Source: Rhodobacterales bacterium CG2_30_65_12
GTDB taxonomy: Bacteria; Pseudomonadota; Alphaproteobacteria; Rhodobacterales; Rhodobacteraceae
Assembly: GCA_001873585.1 (NCBI GenBank)
Contig: MNZL01000176.1
Span: forward strand, 1-42,921
Direction: 5' to 3'
DNA length: 42,921 bases
The notes beneath the pieces were generated by a model that was not told the DNA's origin, did not search any database, and saw nothing but the letters and a program-made list of their open reading frames with translations. The translations under genes and the position numbers were made by a program. This document shows positions 29,072 to 38,543 of the stretch, one piece after another (position 1 is the first letter of the stretch; each line of letters opens with the position of its first letter).

Positions 29072-30600
29072 GATCGCTCGTTCTGGTGCTCGGCGACCAG
29101 CTTTCGCCTGCGCTTTCCGCGCTCGCTGAAGCCGACAAGGCGCAGGATGCGGTGGTGATGGCCGAGGTGATGGGCGAAGCCGGCTCGCCGAAGCACCACC
29201 CCAAAAAGATCGCGCTGATCTTTGCCGCGATGCGCCACTTCGCCGCCGAGCTTGAGGCCAAGGGCTGGCGCGTGCTCTATTCGCGCCTCGACGATCCTGG
29301 CAACAGCCAGTCGATTACCGGCGAGCTTTTGCGTCGCGCCTGCGAGACCGGCGCCAAGGCGGTGCGCGCGACCACCCCAGGCGATTGGCGCCTGATCGCC
29401 GCGCTCGATGCGCTGCCGATCCCCGTTACCCGGCTGGAAGACACCCGCTTTCTCGCCAGCGCGGCCGGGTTCGCACGCTGGGCCAAGGGCCGCAAAACGC
29501 TGCGAATGGAGTTTTTCTACCGCGAGATGCGGCGCAAATACCGGATTTTGCTCGACGATGACGGCAAGCCTGAAGGCGGCAAGTGGAACTATGACGCCGA
29601 GAACCGCAAGCCCGCCTCAAGCGATCTGTTTCGGCCAACACCGCCGGCCTTTACCCCCGACGCGATCACCGTGGCGGTGCTCGATCTGGTTGGACACAAG
29701 TTTGCCGATCATTTCGGTTTGCTCCACCCCTTCACCTTCGCCGTTACGCGCGCGGACGCGGAAAAGGCGGCGGAGCATTTCTTCACGGAGTCCCTCGCCA
29801 ATTTCGGCCCCTACCAGGATGCGATGCTGATCGGCGACGATACACTCTATCACAGCCTGCTCTCGCCCTACCTCAACCTTGGCCTGCTCGATCCGCTCGC
29901 GCTGATCCGCCGCGCCGAAGCCGAATACCGCGCCGGCCGGGCACCGCTCAGTTCCGCCGAAGGCTTCATCCGCCAAATCCTCGGTTGGCGTGAGTTTGTG
30001 CGTGGGATCTGGGCATTGCAGGGCCCGGAATACACAAAGCGCAACGCGCTCGGCCACCACCGCCCCCTGCCTGCCGCTTATTGGGGCGGCGAGACAAAGA
30101 TGACATGCCTGCGCGAGGCGGTGCGCGCCACGCGCGCGAACGCCCACGCGCATCACATCCAGCGGCTGATGGTCACCGGCAATTTCGCCCTGCTTGCCGG
30201 GGTGGCCCCGGGCGAGGTGCACGCGTGGTATCTTTCGGTCTACGCCGATGCCTTTGAATGGGTCGAGGCACCCAACACCATTGGCATGAGCCAGTTTGCG
30301 GACGGTGGCGTGGTCGCGTCCAAGCCTTACGTCTCGTCCGGGGCCTACATCGACCGGATGTCGGATTACTGCCGCCATTGCAGCTACGACGTGCGCAGCC
30401 GCAGCGGCGAGGCCGCCTGCCCGCTCAACGCGCTCTACTGGCATTTCCTCAGCCGCCACCGCGCGCGCTTCGCCGCCAATCCGCGCATGGGCCTCATCTA
30501 TGCCGCGCTCGACCGGATAAATCCGGACGACCGCCGCGCGATCTTCGCCCGCGCCAACACTTATCTGGAACAGATCGACACGGGCGCGGATCCAGTGTAA
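29065..30600 (+). CDS. cryB: FeS-cluster cryptochrome/photolyase (CryB/PhrB family, probable (6-4) photolyase)
   Basis: LVLGDQL, HHPKKI, LRMEFFYREMR, GGKWNYDAENR, EGFIRQILGWREF, AHHIQRLM; four FeS Cys (CL..., DYCRHC, ACP). Confidence 0.92.
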   Translation: MVRSLVLVLGDQLSPALSALAEADKAQDAVVMAEVMGEAGSPKHHPKKIALIFAAMRHFAAELEAKGWRVLYSRLDDPGNSQSITGELLRRACETGAKAVRATTPGDWRLIAALDALPIPVTRLEDTRFLASAAGFARWAKGRKTLRMEFFYREMRRKYRILLDDDGKPEGGKWNYDAENRKPASSDLFRPTPPAFTPDAITVAVLDLVGHKFADHFGLLHPFTFAVTRADAEKAAEHFFTESLANFGPYQDAMLIGDDTLYHSLLSPYLNLGLLDPLALIRRAEAEYRAGRAPLSSAEGFIRQILGWREFVRGIWALQGPEYTKRNALGHHRPLPAAYWGGETKMTCLREAVRATRANAHAHHIQRLMVTGNFALLAGVAPGEVHAWYLSVYADAFEWVEAPNTIGMSQFADGGVVASKPYVSSGAYIDRMSDYCRHCSYDVRSRSGEAACPLNALYWHFLSRHRARFAANPRMGLIYAALDRINPDDRRAIFARANTYLEQIDTGADPV

Positions 30601-30730
30601 GATAATAGATTAATCACTTGTGTTTCATGATTCTTCTATTACTGGACGCGGGCAGAAAAATCTCGCAAAAGGACCAAACCGACGCGCCTTGGGCCGCGTA
30701 CGGGGTGTCAAGGCATGAAAGGCCGGTCCC

Positions 30731-31336
30731 ATGACGCAACGCAGAAAACGCAAGAGCGCCGCCGATCGGAAGGCGGAAATCGTATCGACAGCGATCCGCG
30801 TTGCCGCCGATATCGGCCCTGGTCGTGTGACCACCCAGCACCTTGCCGATGAGGTGGGCGTGACCCAGCCCGCGATCTTTCGGCACTTCGCCACCAAGTC
30901 GGATATCTGGCTCGCAGTCGGCGATCACATCGTCGAAGAGCTCAACCGGGTGCATGCCGACCAAGGCAACATTGCCCCGAACAACGCGCATGACATGCTG
31001 CACCGTTTGATCAGCAACCATTTGGGGCACATCACCGCGAACCCGTCGATCCCCGCGATCCTGTTTTCCCACGAATTACAGGCCGATAACGCCGACCTGC
31101 ACGAAAAGTTCACCACCCTGCTCGGTCAGCGGCGCGAGGCGATCGCCGCGCTTATCCGCGACGCCCAGGCCTCTGGCCAGCACCGCGCCGAACTGGTGGC
31201 GGAGGATGCCGCGCACCTACTGATTGCGGCAATGGAGGGCCTGTCGATGCGCTGGCTGCTCGAGGATCGGGGCTTCGATCTCGCTGAAGAGGGCGGCCGG
31301 GTGCTCGGCTCGCTGATCGACGGGTTCCGCGCCTGA
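30731..31336 (+). CDS. TetR/AcrR family transcriptional regulator
   Basis: HTH motif VTTQHLADEVGVTQPAIFRHFATKSDIW. Confidence 0.93.
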   Translation: MTQRRKRKSAADRKAEIVSTAIRVAADIGPGRVTTQHLADEVGVTQPAIFRHFATKSDIWLAVGDHIVEELNRVHADQGNIAPNNAHDMLHRLISNHLGHITANPSIPAILFSHELQADNADLHEKFTTLLGQRREAIAALIRDAQASGQHRAELVAEDAAHLLIAAMEGLSMRWLLEDRGFDLAEEGGRVLGSLIDGFRA

Positions 31337-31551
31337 TCCGATACGCCTGAAACATTCGCAGCGCGCGACATTTTGGCGCATTATCGAATCTGACCTTTTG
31401 CCATGGAGTCTGGCTTTCGATCCGGTATCATGCGATAGACAATTTCAAATGTACGCGCGAACGGGCAAGAATCAGTCTCACGGCGAACCGTGGACGTCAG
31501 GTTGGAACCGGCAGGCCACGGCCTCTCGGACCAGGAAACAAGGGAGAAAAC

Positions 31552-32832
31552 ATGGCACATGTTGTCATTCTGGGCGCGGGCCTCGGCGGCTCGATTCAAG
31601 CCTTTGAGCTCAAGGAAACGCTGAATCGCAGCGACAAGATCACGGTGATTTCCAACAAGCCGTATTTCCAGTTTACCCCGTCGAACCCCTGGGCCGGCGT
31701 GGGCTGGCGCTCGAAGGACGAGATCACCGTCGACCTCGCGCCAGTGATGAAGAAGCGCGGCATCGACTTTATCTGCGATGGGGCGGCCAAGCTCCTGCCC
31801 GATGAAAACAAGATCGTCCTCGCCTCCGGCCGGGAAGTCACCTACGATTACCTGGTGATCGCCACCGGCCCCGAGCTGGCTTTCGACGAGATCGAAGGGT
31901 TCGGCCCCGAGGCGCACACCAACTCGGTCTGCTCTGTCGAACACGCCGAGCTTTCGGGGGGCAAGGGTGGCACTTGGGAGCAGTTCTGCGCCGATCCCGG
32001 CCCGATCGTGGTGGGCGCGGTGCAGGGGGCTTCGTGCTTCGGCCCAGCCTACGAATACCTTTTCACTCTCGATACCGATCTGCGCCGCCGCAAGATCAAG
32101 CACAAGGTGCAGATGACCTTCATCACCTCCGAGCCCTATATCGGCCACCTCGGCCTCGGCGGCGTAGGCGATACCAAGGGCACACTCGAAAGCGCCATGC
32201 GTGACCGCGATATCAAGTGGATCACCAACGCCAGAACCGATAAGTTCAGCGAAGACGCGGTGCACGTCACCGAGTTCGACGAAGACGGAAACGAAAAGAA
32301 AAAGCACGAGGTGCCGGCCAAGTACAAGATGATGCTGCCGGCGTTTCGCGGCATCCCGGCAGTGATGGGCCTCGAGGGGCTGGTAAACCCGCGCGGCTTC
32401 ATCATCGTCGACCAGTATCAGCGCAACCCGAAATACCGCAACATCTTCGGGATCGGCGTGGCCATCGCCATCGCCCCGCCGGTGGCCACCCCGGTGCCGA
32501 CTGGCGTGCCGAAGACCGGCTTCATGATCGAATCGATGGTCACCGCAACGGCCCACAACCTGCCCCGGGTTATCCGCGGCGAGGAGCCGAACGAACTGCC
32601 AAGCTGGAACGCGCTTTGCCTGGCCGACTTTGGCGATCGCGGCATCGCCTTCCTCGCCATGCCGCAAAACCCGCCGCGCAACGTCAACTGGGGCGGCGAA
32701 GGCAAATGGGTTCACTGGGCCAAACTCGCCTTCGAATGGTATTTCATGCGCAAGATCAGAATGGGCGTGAGCGAGCCATTCTACGAAAAAATGATCATGA
32801 AAATGATGAAGATCAACAAGCTCAACAAGTGA
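31552..32832 (+). CDS. sqr: sulfide:quinone oxidoreductase, type I (SqrA-like)
   Basis: VILGAGLGG, FTPSNPW, ATGPELAF, three conserved Cys (SVC, GASCFGPAYE, NALCLADFG), GVPKTG, C-terminal HWAKLAFEWYF membrane helix; GGGAG RBS. Confidence 0.92.
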   Translation: MAHVVILGAGLGGSIQAFELKETLNRSDKITVISNKPYFQFTPSNPWAGVGWRSKDEITVDLAPVMKKRGIDFICDGAAKLLPDENKIVLASGREVTYDYLVIATGPELAFDEIEGFGPEAHTNSVCSVEHAELSGGKGGTWEQFCADPGPIVVGAVQGASCFGPAYEYLFTLDTDLRRRKIKHKVQMTFITSEPYIGHLGLGGVGDTKGTLESAMRDRDIKWITNARTDKFSEDAVHVTEFDEDGNEKKKHEVPAKYKMMLPAFRGIPAVMGLEGLVNPRGFIIVDQYQRNPKYRNIFGIGVAIAIAPPVATPVPTGVPKTGFMIESMVTATAHNLPRVIRGEEPNELPSWNALCLADFGDRGIAFLAMPQNPPRNVNWGGEGKWVHWAKLAFEWYFMRKIRMGVSEPFYEKMIMKMMKINKLNK

Positions 32833-32852
32833 TCTCCAGTGCATATGTTGAC

Positions 32853-32883
32853 AGGGCCGCCCCATCGGGCGGCCCTTTTCTAT
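32853..32883 (+). terminator. Rho-independent terminator after sqr
   Basis: AGGGCCGCCC-CATC-GGGCGGCCCT followed by TTTCTAT. Confidence 0.75.
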
Positions 32884-33007
32884 TGGCTGAATTCAGCGCC
32901 GCACCGCGCAAACTTCGCACCAAGGCCAACCATCGCAACGCCGCCGCCAACCAGGCCAGATTGCTTGGCCCGGATTACCTGGCGCTGCATCTGGCGCATT
33001 CGGTCTG

Positions 33008-34477
33008 CTATTCGGCGGGCACCGCATCTTCGCCTTCGGCTGCGGTCTCGGTGGCAGGTTCCGCGAGCATGGATTTCATCACACCCTGCTCCCAGTCGCC
33101 GGCCACGCGGGTGCCGTCGGGGTAGGTCACCGTGCCCTGCCCCTCGCGCTGGCCGCCGACAAAGCTGCCTTCGTAAACGGTGCCATCGGCGTAGCGCTCG
33201 GTGCCGCTCCCACTTTTCACCCCATCCACCCAGGCGCCATCGTAAAACGTGCCATCGGCGCGGGTGAGCTTGCCCTGACCATGGAACCGGTCGGCCCGGA
33301 AGCTGCCCTCGTAGGTATCGCCATTGGCGAAGGTGATCTTGCCCGTGCCGTCGAGCAGGCCCGCCTTCCAGCTACCGGAGTAGCTGTAGCCATCGGCCCG
33401 AGTGAGCGTGCCCTGCCCTTCATAGAGCCCTGAGGCAAAGCCGCCCTCGTAACTCATTCCATCAACGCGGGTAACGAGCCCTGTGCCCTCGAACACGCCA
33501 TCGCGCCAGCCTCCCTCGTAGGTCGAGCCGTCGGGATAGGTGATCTTGCCCTCGCCATCGGGCAGGCCGGCGCGGAACTGGCCGATGAAAACCGAGCCAT
33601 CGGGATAGGTCTCGGTGCCGTTGCCCTCGATCCGGCCATCAATCCAGCCGCCCTCGTAGCGATAGCCGTCGCGGCCAGTGAAGGTGCCCTGCCCCGAGCG
33701 CCGATTGGAAACAAAGCCGCCCTCGTAGACATCGCCGTTGGCATAGCTCACCTTGCCCAGCCCCGAGCGCACACCCATCACGAACGGGCCCTCGTAGACA
33801 GCGCCGTTCGGCCCGGTGAGGGCCCCGGTGCCATCCATCTGCCCATCCTTCCAGCCGCCGGTGTAGCGCAGGCCCTCGGCGGTGGTAAGCGTGCCCTGGC
33901 CATTCGGCGTGCCATTGGCAAAGGCGCCTTCGTAAACCGTGCCATCGGCTTCGGTAAGCCTGCCCTGGCCCTGCTTCACGCCCATCACCCAATCGCCTTC
34001 GTAAACCGTGCCCGAGGGGCTCTCAAGCCGGCCCTGGCCGTGGTGCTGCCCGGCGCGAAATCCGCCTTCATAGCTGAAGCCGTTGGCGTAGACCGCAAGC
34101 CCGGTGCCGTTGATCTGGCCCTCGACCCAATCGCCATCGTAGGAGGTGCCGTCGGCATAGGTCACCTTGCCCACCCCATGCGGCCGACCCTTGGCAAAGC
34201 CGCCTTCGTAAACCGAGCCGTTGGGAAAGCGCGCCACGCCCTCGCCCCGGATCTCGCCATCTACGAAGGTGCCAGTGTATTCGTAACCGGTGGGTGTGCG
34301 CAGAGTGCCGTTACCGTGGCGCACGCCGTCTTTCAGTGCGCCGTCGTAGATCGACCCGTCATCATATTGCACCACCTCATTGGCCGTGTCCTGGGCCAGC
34401 ACCGGCCCCGCGACAAGCGCCAGCGACACCGCCAAGGCGCGCGCCGCAGGTGTCCATCCCCTCAATAGCTGCGACAT
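33008..34477 (-). CDS. exported MORN-repeat protein
   Basis: Signal peptide (...LALVAGPVLA) followed by many 23-aa YEG.F..G...GQG..TY.DG repeats; GAGGAAGG RBS. Confidence 0.9.
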   Translation of the reverse strand: MSQLLRGWTPAARALAVSLALVAGPVLAQDTANEVVQYDDGSIYDGALKDGVRHGNGTLRTPTGYEYTGTFVDGEIRGEGVARFPNGSVYEGGFAKGRPHGVGKVTYADGTSYDGDWVEGQINGTGLAVYANGFSYEGGFRAGQHHGQGRLESPSGTVYEGDWVMGVKQGQGRLTEADGTVYEGAFANGTPNGQGTLTTAEGLRYTGGWKDGQMDGTGALTGPNGAVYEGPFVMGVRSGLGKVSYANGDVYEGGFVSNRRSGQGTFTGRDGYRYEGGWIDGRIEGNGTETYPDGSVFIGQFRAGLPDGEGKITYPDGSTYEGGWRDGVFEGTGLVTRVDGMSYEGGFASGLYEGQGTLTRADGYSYSGSWKAGLLDGTGKITFANGDTYEGSFRADRFHGQGKLTRADGTFYDGAWVDGVKSGSGTERYADGTVYEGSFVGGQREGQGTVTYPDGTRVAGDWEQGVMKSMLAEPATETAAEGEDAVPAE

Positions 34478-34654
34478 GACCTTCCTCTTCCCGGCTCGAT
34501 CGTGATTGCGTCTTTCCCCATGCGGCAAAACCTAATGAAGCAGCGCAGGGGAGACAACGCTTTTCGCCCGTGAACCAGATGGAGCCGGCTTTTCCTCACC
34601 CACAAACCTGCTAAACGGTTGCGGTGTAACCCAAGAGCCGAACCGAGGCCCGAG

Positions 34655-36316
34655 ATGACCGAGACCTTCCGCCTGACGCTGGCGCAGTTGAACCCGACCT
34701 TGGGCGATATCGCCGGCAATGCCGCCAAGGCGCGCGCAGCCTGGGCCACGGCGAAGGCCGCCGGGGCAAACCTCGTGGCCTTGCCCGAGATGTTTCTCGT
34801 CGGCTACCAGCCGCAAGACCTGGTGATGCGGCCGGCTTTCTGGCGCGAGGCGATGGCGGCGGTGACGGCGCTGGCCACCGAGTGCGGCGACGGCCCGGCG
34901 CTCGCCATCGGCGCGCCGTTCCATGACGGGCAAGCGCTCTACAACGCCTATCACATCTGCGAAGGCGGGCAGGTGCGCCTGCGCGTGATCAAGCAGGTGC
35001 TGCCCAACCACGCGGTGTTCGACGAAAAGCGCCTCTATGCCCGCGGCCCCGATCAGGGCCCGTTTCGCATCGGCCCGCTGCTGATCGGCACACCGATCTG
35101 CGAAGATGCGTGGTGGGAAAACCACGTCTGCTCGACCATGGCCAAGGCCGGTGCCGAGCTTCTTTTGGTGCCCAACGGCTCGCCCTACCATCGCGGCAAG
35201 ATGGCCGTGCGCAAGGGCCACATGCGCGCGCGGGTAGCCGAAACCGGCCTGCCGCTTGTCTATCTCAACATGACCGGCGGACAAGACGACCAGGTGTTTG
35301 ACGGCGCGAGTTTCGCGGTGAATCCGGGCGGCGAAATTGCTTTTCAGTTGCCACAATTCGACGACGCGCTGGCGCATGTCGATCTTGAGAAAACCGATGC
35401 CGGCTGGCGCATCCGCGCGGGCGCCGCGACAGCCGAACCCGACGCATGGGAAGCCGATTATCACGCCATGGTCGTTGCTCTGCGCGATTACATCGCCAAA
35501 ACCGGCTTCGAGAAAGTGCTGCTGGGGCTTTCCGGCGGCATCGACAGCGCGCTCGTCGCCGCCATTGCCGCCGATGCGCTGGGGCCGGATCGGGTGCGCT
35601 GCGTGATGCTGCCCTCGGAATACACCAGTCAGGCCTCGCTCGACGATGCCGTGGCCGTGGCCAAGGCGCTTGGCGCCCGGCTCGATACCCTGCCGATCAC
35701 CAGCCCCCGCGCCGCCGTAACCGAGGCGCTGGCACCGCTTTTCGCTCGCACCGCGCCCGATCTCACCGAGGAAAACATCCAGTCGCGCCTGCGCGGGCTC
35801 CTGCTCATGGCGCTGTCCAACAAGTTTGGCGAGATGCTGCTGACCACCGGCAACAAGTCCGAGGTGGCCGTCGGCTACGCGACAATCTACGGCGACATGG
35901 CCGGCGGTTACAACCCGATCAAGGATCTCTACAAGACCCGCGTGTTTGCAACCTGCCGCTGGCGCAACGCGCATCATCGGCCCTGGATGAAAGGCCCGGC
36001 TGGCGAGGTGATCCCGCCCGCGGTGATCGACAAGCCGCCCAGCGCCGAGCTGCGCGACAACCAGAGGGACGAAGACAGCCTGCCGCCCTACGACGTGCTC
36101 GATGCCATCCTCGATGGGTTGATCGACCGCGAGGCAAGCGTGGCCGAGCTGGTTGCCGAAGGCTTCGATCCGGAGACGGTCAAGCGCGTGGAGCACCTTA
36201 TTTTCATCAGCGAATACAAGCGCTTCCAATCCGCCCCCGGCGCGCGCCTCACGCCCCGCGCGTTCTGGCTCGATCGCCGCTACCCGATCGCCAACCGCTG
36301 GCGCGACAAGAGCTGA
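34655..36316 (+). CDS. nadE: glutamine-dependent NAD+ synthetase
   Basis: Nitrilase domain (PEMF, FDEKR, ICEDAW) plus synthetase domain (LGLSGGIDS, ENIQSR, TGNKSE..VGYATIYGD, PSAEL). Confidence 0.96.
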   Translation: MTETFRLTLAQLNPTLGDIAGNAAKARAAWATAKAAGANLVALPEMFLVGYQPQDLVMRPAFWREAMAAVTALATECGDGPALAIGAPFHDGQALYNAYHICEGGQVRLRVIKQVLPNHAVFDEKRLYARGPDQGPFRIGPLLIGTPICEDAWWENHVCSTMAKAGAELLLVPNGSPYHRGKMAVRKGHMRARVAETGLPLVYLNMTGGQDDQVFDGASFAVNPGGEIAFQLPQFDDALAHVDLEKTDAGWRIRAGAATAEPDAWEADYHAMVVALRDYIAKTGFEKVLLGLSGGIDSALVAAIAADALGPDRVRCVMLPSEYTSQASLDDAVAVAKALGARLDTLPITSPRAAVTEALAPLFARTAPDLTEENIQSRLRGLLLMALSNKFGEMLLTTGNKSEVAVGYATIYGDMAGGYNPIKDLYKTRVFATCRWRNAHHRPWMKGPAGEVIPPAVIDKPPSAELRDNQRDEDSLPPYDVLDAILDGLIDREASVAELVAEGFDPETVKRVEHLIFISEYKRFQSAPGARLTPRAFWLDRRYPIANRWRDKS

Positions 36317-36340
36317 GCGCCGGCTTCGCCGCCCGCCTAG

Positions 36341-36739
36341 CTATTCCCACCAGCGGTCGATCATGGCGATATCGTCATCGGACCAGCCAAAGTGATGCGC
36401 CATCTCATGCACCAGCACATGCCCCACCAGCGCCTCGATCGTCACGTCGCCCCTCTCCACCCATTCATCAAGGATCGCGCGGCGAAACAGCCAGATCGTG
36501 TCGGGCTGGTGCGGGCTGTCCATCACCGATTTCTGCGTCATCGGGATGCCGTCATAGAGCCCAGTCAGCTCAAACGGATCATCCACGCCGAGCTCATCGA
36601 GGATAGCGTCGGCGGCGACGTCTTCCACCCGGATCACCACCGCGCGCGCGGCTGGGCGAAACGCCTGCGGCAACGTATCACGGGCGGCATGGGCCAGGGC
36701 GTCGATCTCGGCGAGGGAGGGCGGATAAGTCTCTGTCAT
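36341..36739 (-). CDS. zincin-like metallopeptidase family protein (DUF1025)
   Basis: LTGLYDGIP, PDTIWLFRRAI, HVLVHEMAHHFG (HExxH). Confidence 0.9.
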   Translation of the reverse strand: MTETYPPSLAEIDALAHAARDTLPQAFRPAARAVVIRVEDVAADAILDELGVDDPFELTGLYDGIPMTQKSVMDSPHQPDTIWLFRRAILDEWVERGDVTIEALVGHVLVHEMAHHFGWSDDDIAMIDRWWE

Positions 36740-36798
36740 GCACATCATATGGACAAAAGCCGCGCGGTATGAAAGAGCAACCGGCACAGGAGATTCAC

Positions 36799-38118
36799 AT
36801 GACCGTTACCCGTTTCGCACCCTCGCCTACCGGCTATCTGCACGTCGGCAACCTGCGAACCGCGCTGTTCAACTGGCTGATCGCCCGCCAGTCGGGCGGC
36901 AGCTTCATCCTGCGCCTCGACGATACCGACCCGGAGCGGTCGAAACAAAAATACGCTGACGCGATCCGCGAGGATCTCGAATGGCTCGGCCTCACCTGGG
37001 ACCGGGTGGAACAGCAATCGGCCCGGCTTGAACGTTACGAGGCCGCCGCCGACGAGCTGCGCGCCATGGGCCGGTTTTACGAATGTTTCGAGACCCCGAC
37101 CGAACTTGACCTCAAGCGCAAGAAACAGCTCAATATGGGGCGCCCGCCGGTCTACGACCGCGCCGCGCTGAAGCTCTCGGACGCCGAAAAGGACAAGCTG
37201 CGCGCCGAACGCGGCAACGGTGTGTGGCGCTTTCTGCTCGACCAGCAGCGCATCGAGTGGACCGACGGCATCCTCGGGCCGCTCTCGATTGATGCCGCGT
37301 CCGTGTCCGACCCGGTGCTGATCCGCGCCGACGGGCAGTTTCTCTACACGCTCGCCAGCGTCTGCGACGATGTCGATTTCGGCGTCACGGATATCGTGCG
37401 CGGTTCCGACCACGTGACCAACACCGCCACCCAGATCCAGATCATCGAAGCCCTCGGCGGCGCGGTGCCGCGCTTTGCCCACCATTCGCTGCTTACCGGC
37501 CCGCAGGGCGAGGCGCTTTCCAAACGCCTCGGCACCCTGAGCTTGCGCGATCTGCGCGCGCAAGGCATCGAGCCGATGGCGCTTCTGAGCCACATGGCGC
37601 GGCTGGGGTCGTCGCAGCCGGTGGACCTGGCGACGAGCCTCGACGATATCGTGGCCGGGTTCGCGCTTTCCAGCTTCGGTGCCGCGCCCACCAAGTTCGA
37701 CGTGGCGGATCTCTTCCCGCTCACCGCCCACGCGCTGGCGGCCCGACCCTACGCCCAGGTCGCCGATCATGTGCGCGCGCTCGGTGTGCCCAATGACATC
37801 GCCGAGCAATTCTGGACCGTCGCGCGCGACAACATCACCACGATGCATGATCTCGAAGGTTGGTGGCAGCTCTGCCGCGATGGCGCGGTGCCGCTAGTCG
37901 CGCCCGAAGATGAAGAGATGATCGCCAGCGCCATGCGCCTCTTGCCCGAGCCGCCCTACACCGCAGAGAGCTGGGGGCAATGGACGGCGGCGGTGAAAGA
38001 CGCCACCGGGCGCAAGGGGCGTGGCCTGTTCATGCCACTCAGGAAGGCGCTCACCGGTATGGATCACGGCCCCGACATGTCGTCGCTGATGCCGCTGTTG
38101 CAAAAAGTCCGGCGCTGA
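36799..38118 (+). CDS. gltX: glutamate--tRNA ligase
   Basis: TRFAPSPTGYLHVGN (HIGH-like), LRLDDTD, RGSDH, ALSKR (KMSKS-like), PLRKALTG..HGP; AGGAG RBS. Confidence 0.95.
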   Translation: MTVTRFAPSPTGYLHVGNLRTALFNWLIARQSGGSFILRLDDTDPERSKQKYADAIREDLEWLGLTWDRVEQQSARLERYEAAADELRAMGRFYECFETPTELDLKRKKQLNMGRPPVYDRAALKLSDAEKDKLRAERGNGVWRFLLDQQRIEWTDGILGPLSIDAASVSDPVLIRADGQFLYTLASVCDDVDFGVTDIVRGSDHVTNTATQIQIIEALGGAVPRFAHHSLLTGPQGEALSKRLGTLSLRDLRAQGIEPMALLSHMARLGSSQPVDLATSLDDIVAGFALSSFGAAPTKFDVADLFPLTAHALAARPYAQVADHVRALGVPNDIAEQFWTVARDNITTMHDLEGWWQLCRDGAVPLVAPEDEEMIASAMRLLPEPPYTAESWGQWTAAVKDATGRKGRGLFMPLRKALTGMDHGPDMSSLMPLLQKVRR

Positions 38119-38147
38119 TTCCTTCTTTGGTCAAGAAATACCTCGGG

Positions 38148-38231
38148 GAGTTTGAGGGGCAGCGCCCCTCATAGTGGGGAGTTTGAGGGGCAGCGCCCCT
38201 TATGGTGAGTTTGAGGGGCAGCGCCCCTCAT
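38148..38231. repeat. three tandem REP-like hairpin repeats
   Basis: GAGTTTGAGGGGCAGCGCCCCTCAT at 38148, 38179 (one mismatch) and 38207; internal stem TGAGGGGC/GCCCCTCA. Confidence 0.88.
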
Positions 38232-38303
38232 CGTGATGCCAGCCAGGATCGTGCATCGCGGCGGTTTCGGGGGCTTGCGAGCCGCTGGCGCCAAGGCTAA
38301 CGT

Positions 38304-38475
38304 CTGGACATCCCGCGCAGGGAGAATCCGGTGGCCCAAAAGGCTTTCCGGTGCCGAAGGAGCAACCGCCCCGGTAAACTCTCAGGCAAGCGGACCGCGC
38401 GGGTAAAACTCTGGAGAGAGGCCGAGGGGCCCGCCGAAGGGATAACGATCTCAGGCGAAAGGACAGAGGGGGCAT
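38304..38475 (+). ncRNA. tandem glycine riboswitch
   Basis: GGACA leader; aptamer 1 GGGAGA...GCCGAAGGAGCAACCGCCCCGGTAAACTCTCAGGC; aptamer 2 CTCTGGAGAGA...CGCCGAAGGGATAAC.ATCTCAGGC..AAGGACAGAG; upstream of gcvT. Confidence 0.95.
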
Positions 38476-38543
38476 CGGACGGGCCACGGAATAATCCAGT
38501 GTGGCCCAGCGATGCCGGGCGCGTTTCCCGGCGGGGAGACGGC

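Noticed and set aside
31337-31551. SqrR-type operator (ATTC-N8-GAAT) upstream of sqr
   Set aside because: No correctly spaced match found by eye
34532-36229. 565-aa ORF on the - strand, and comparable long antisense ORFs over sqr, leuA, mrdA and nrdJ
   Set aside because: Antisense shadows of well-supported genes
38148-38231. Possible mini CRISPR array
   Set aside because: Units are separated by only 3-6 nt, so there are no real spacers, and no cas genes are present
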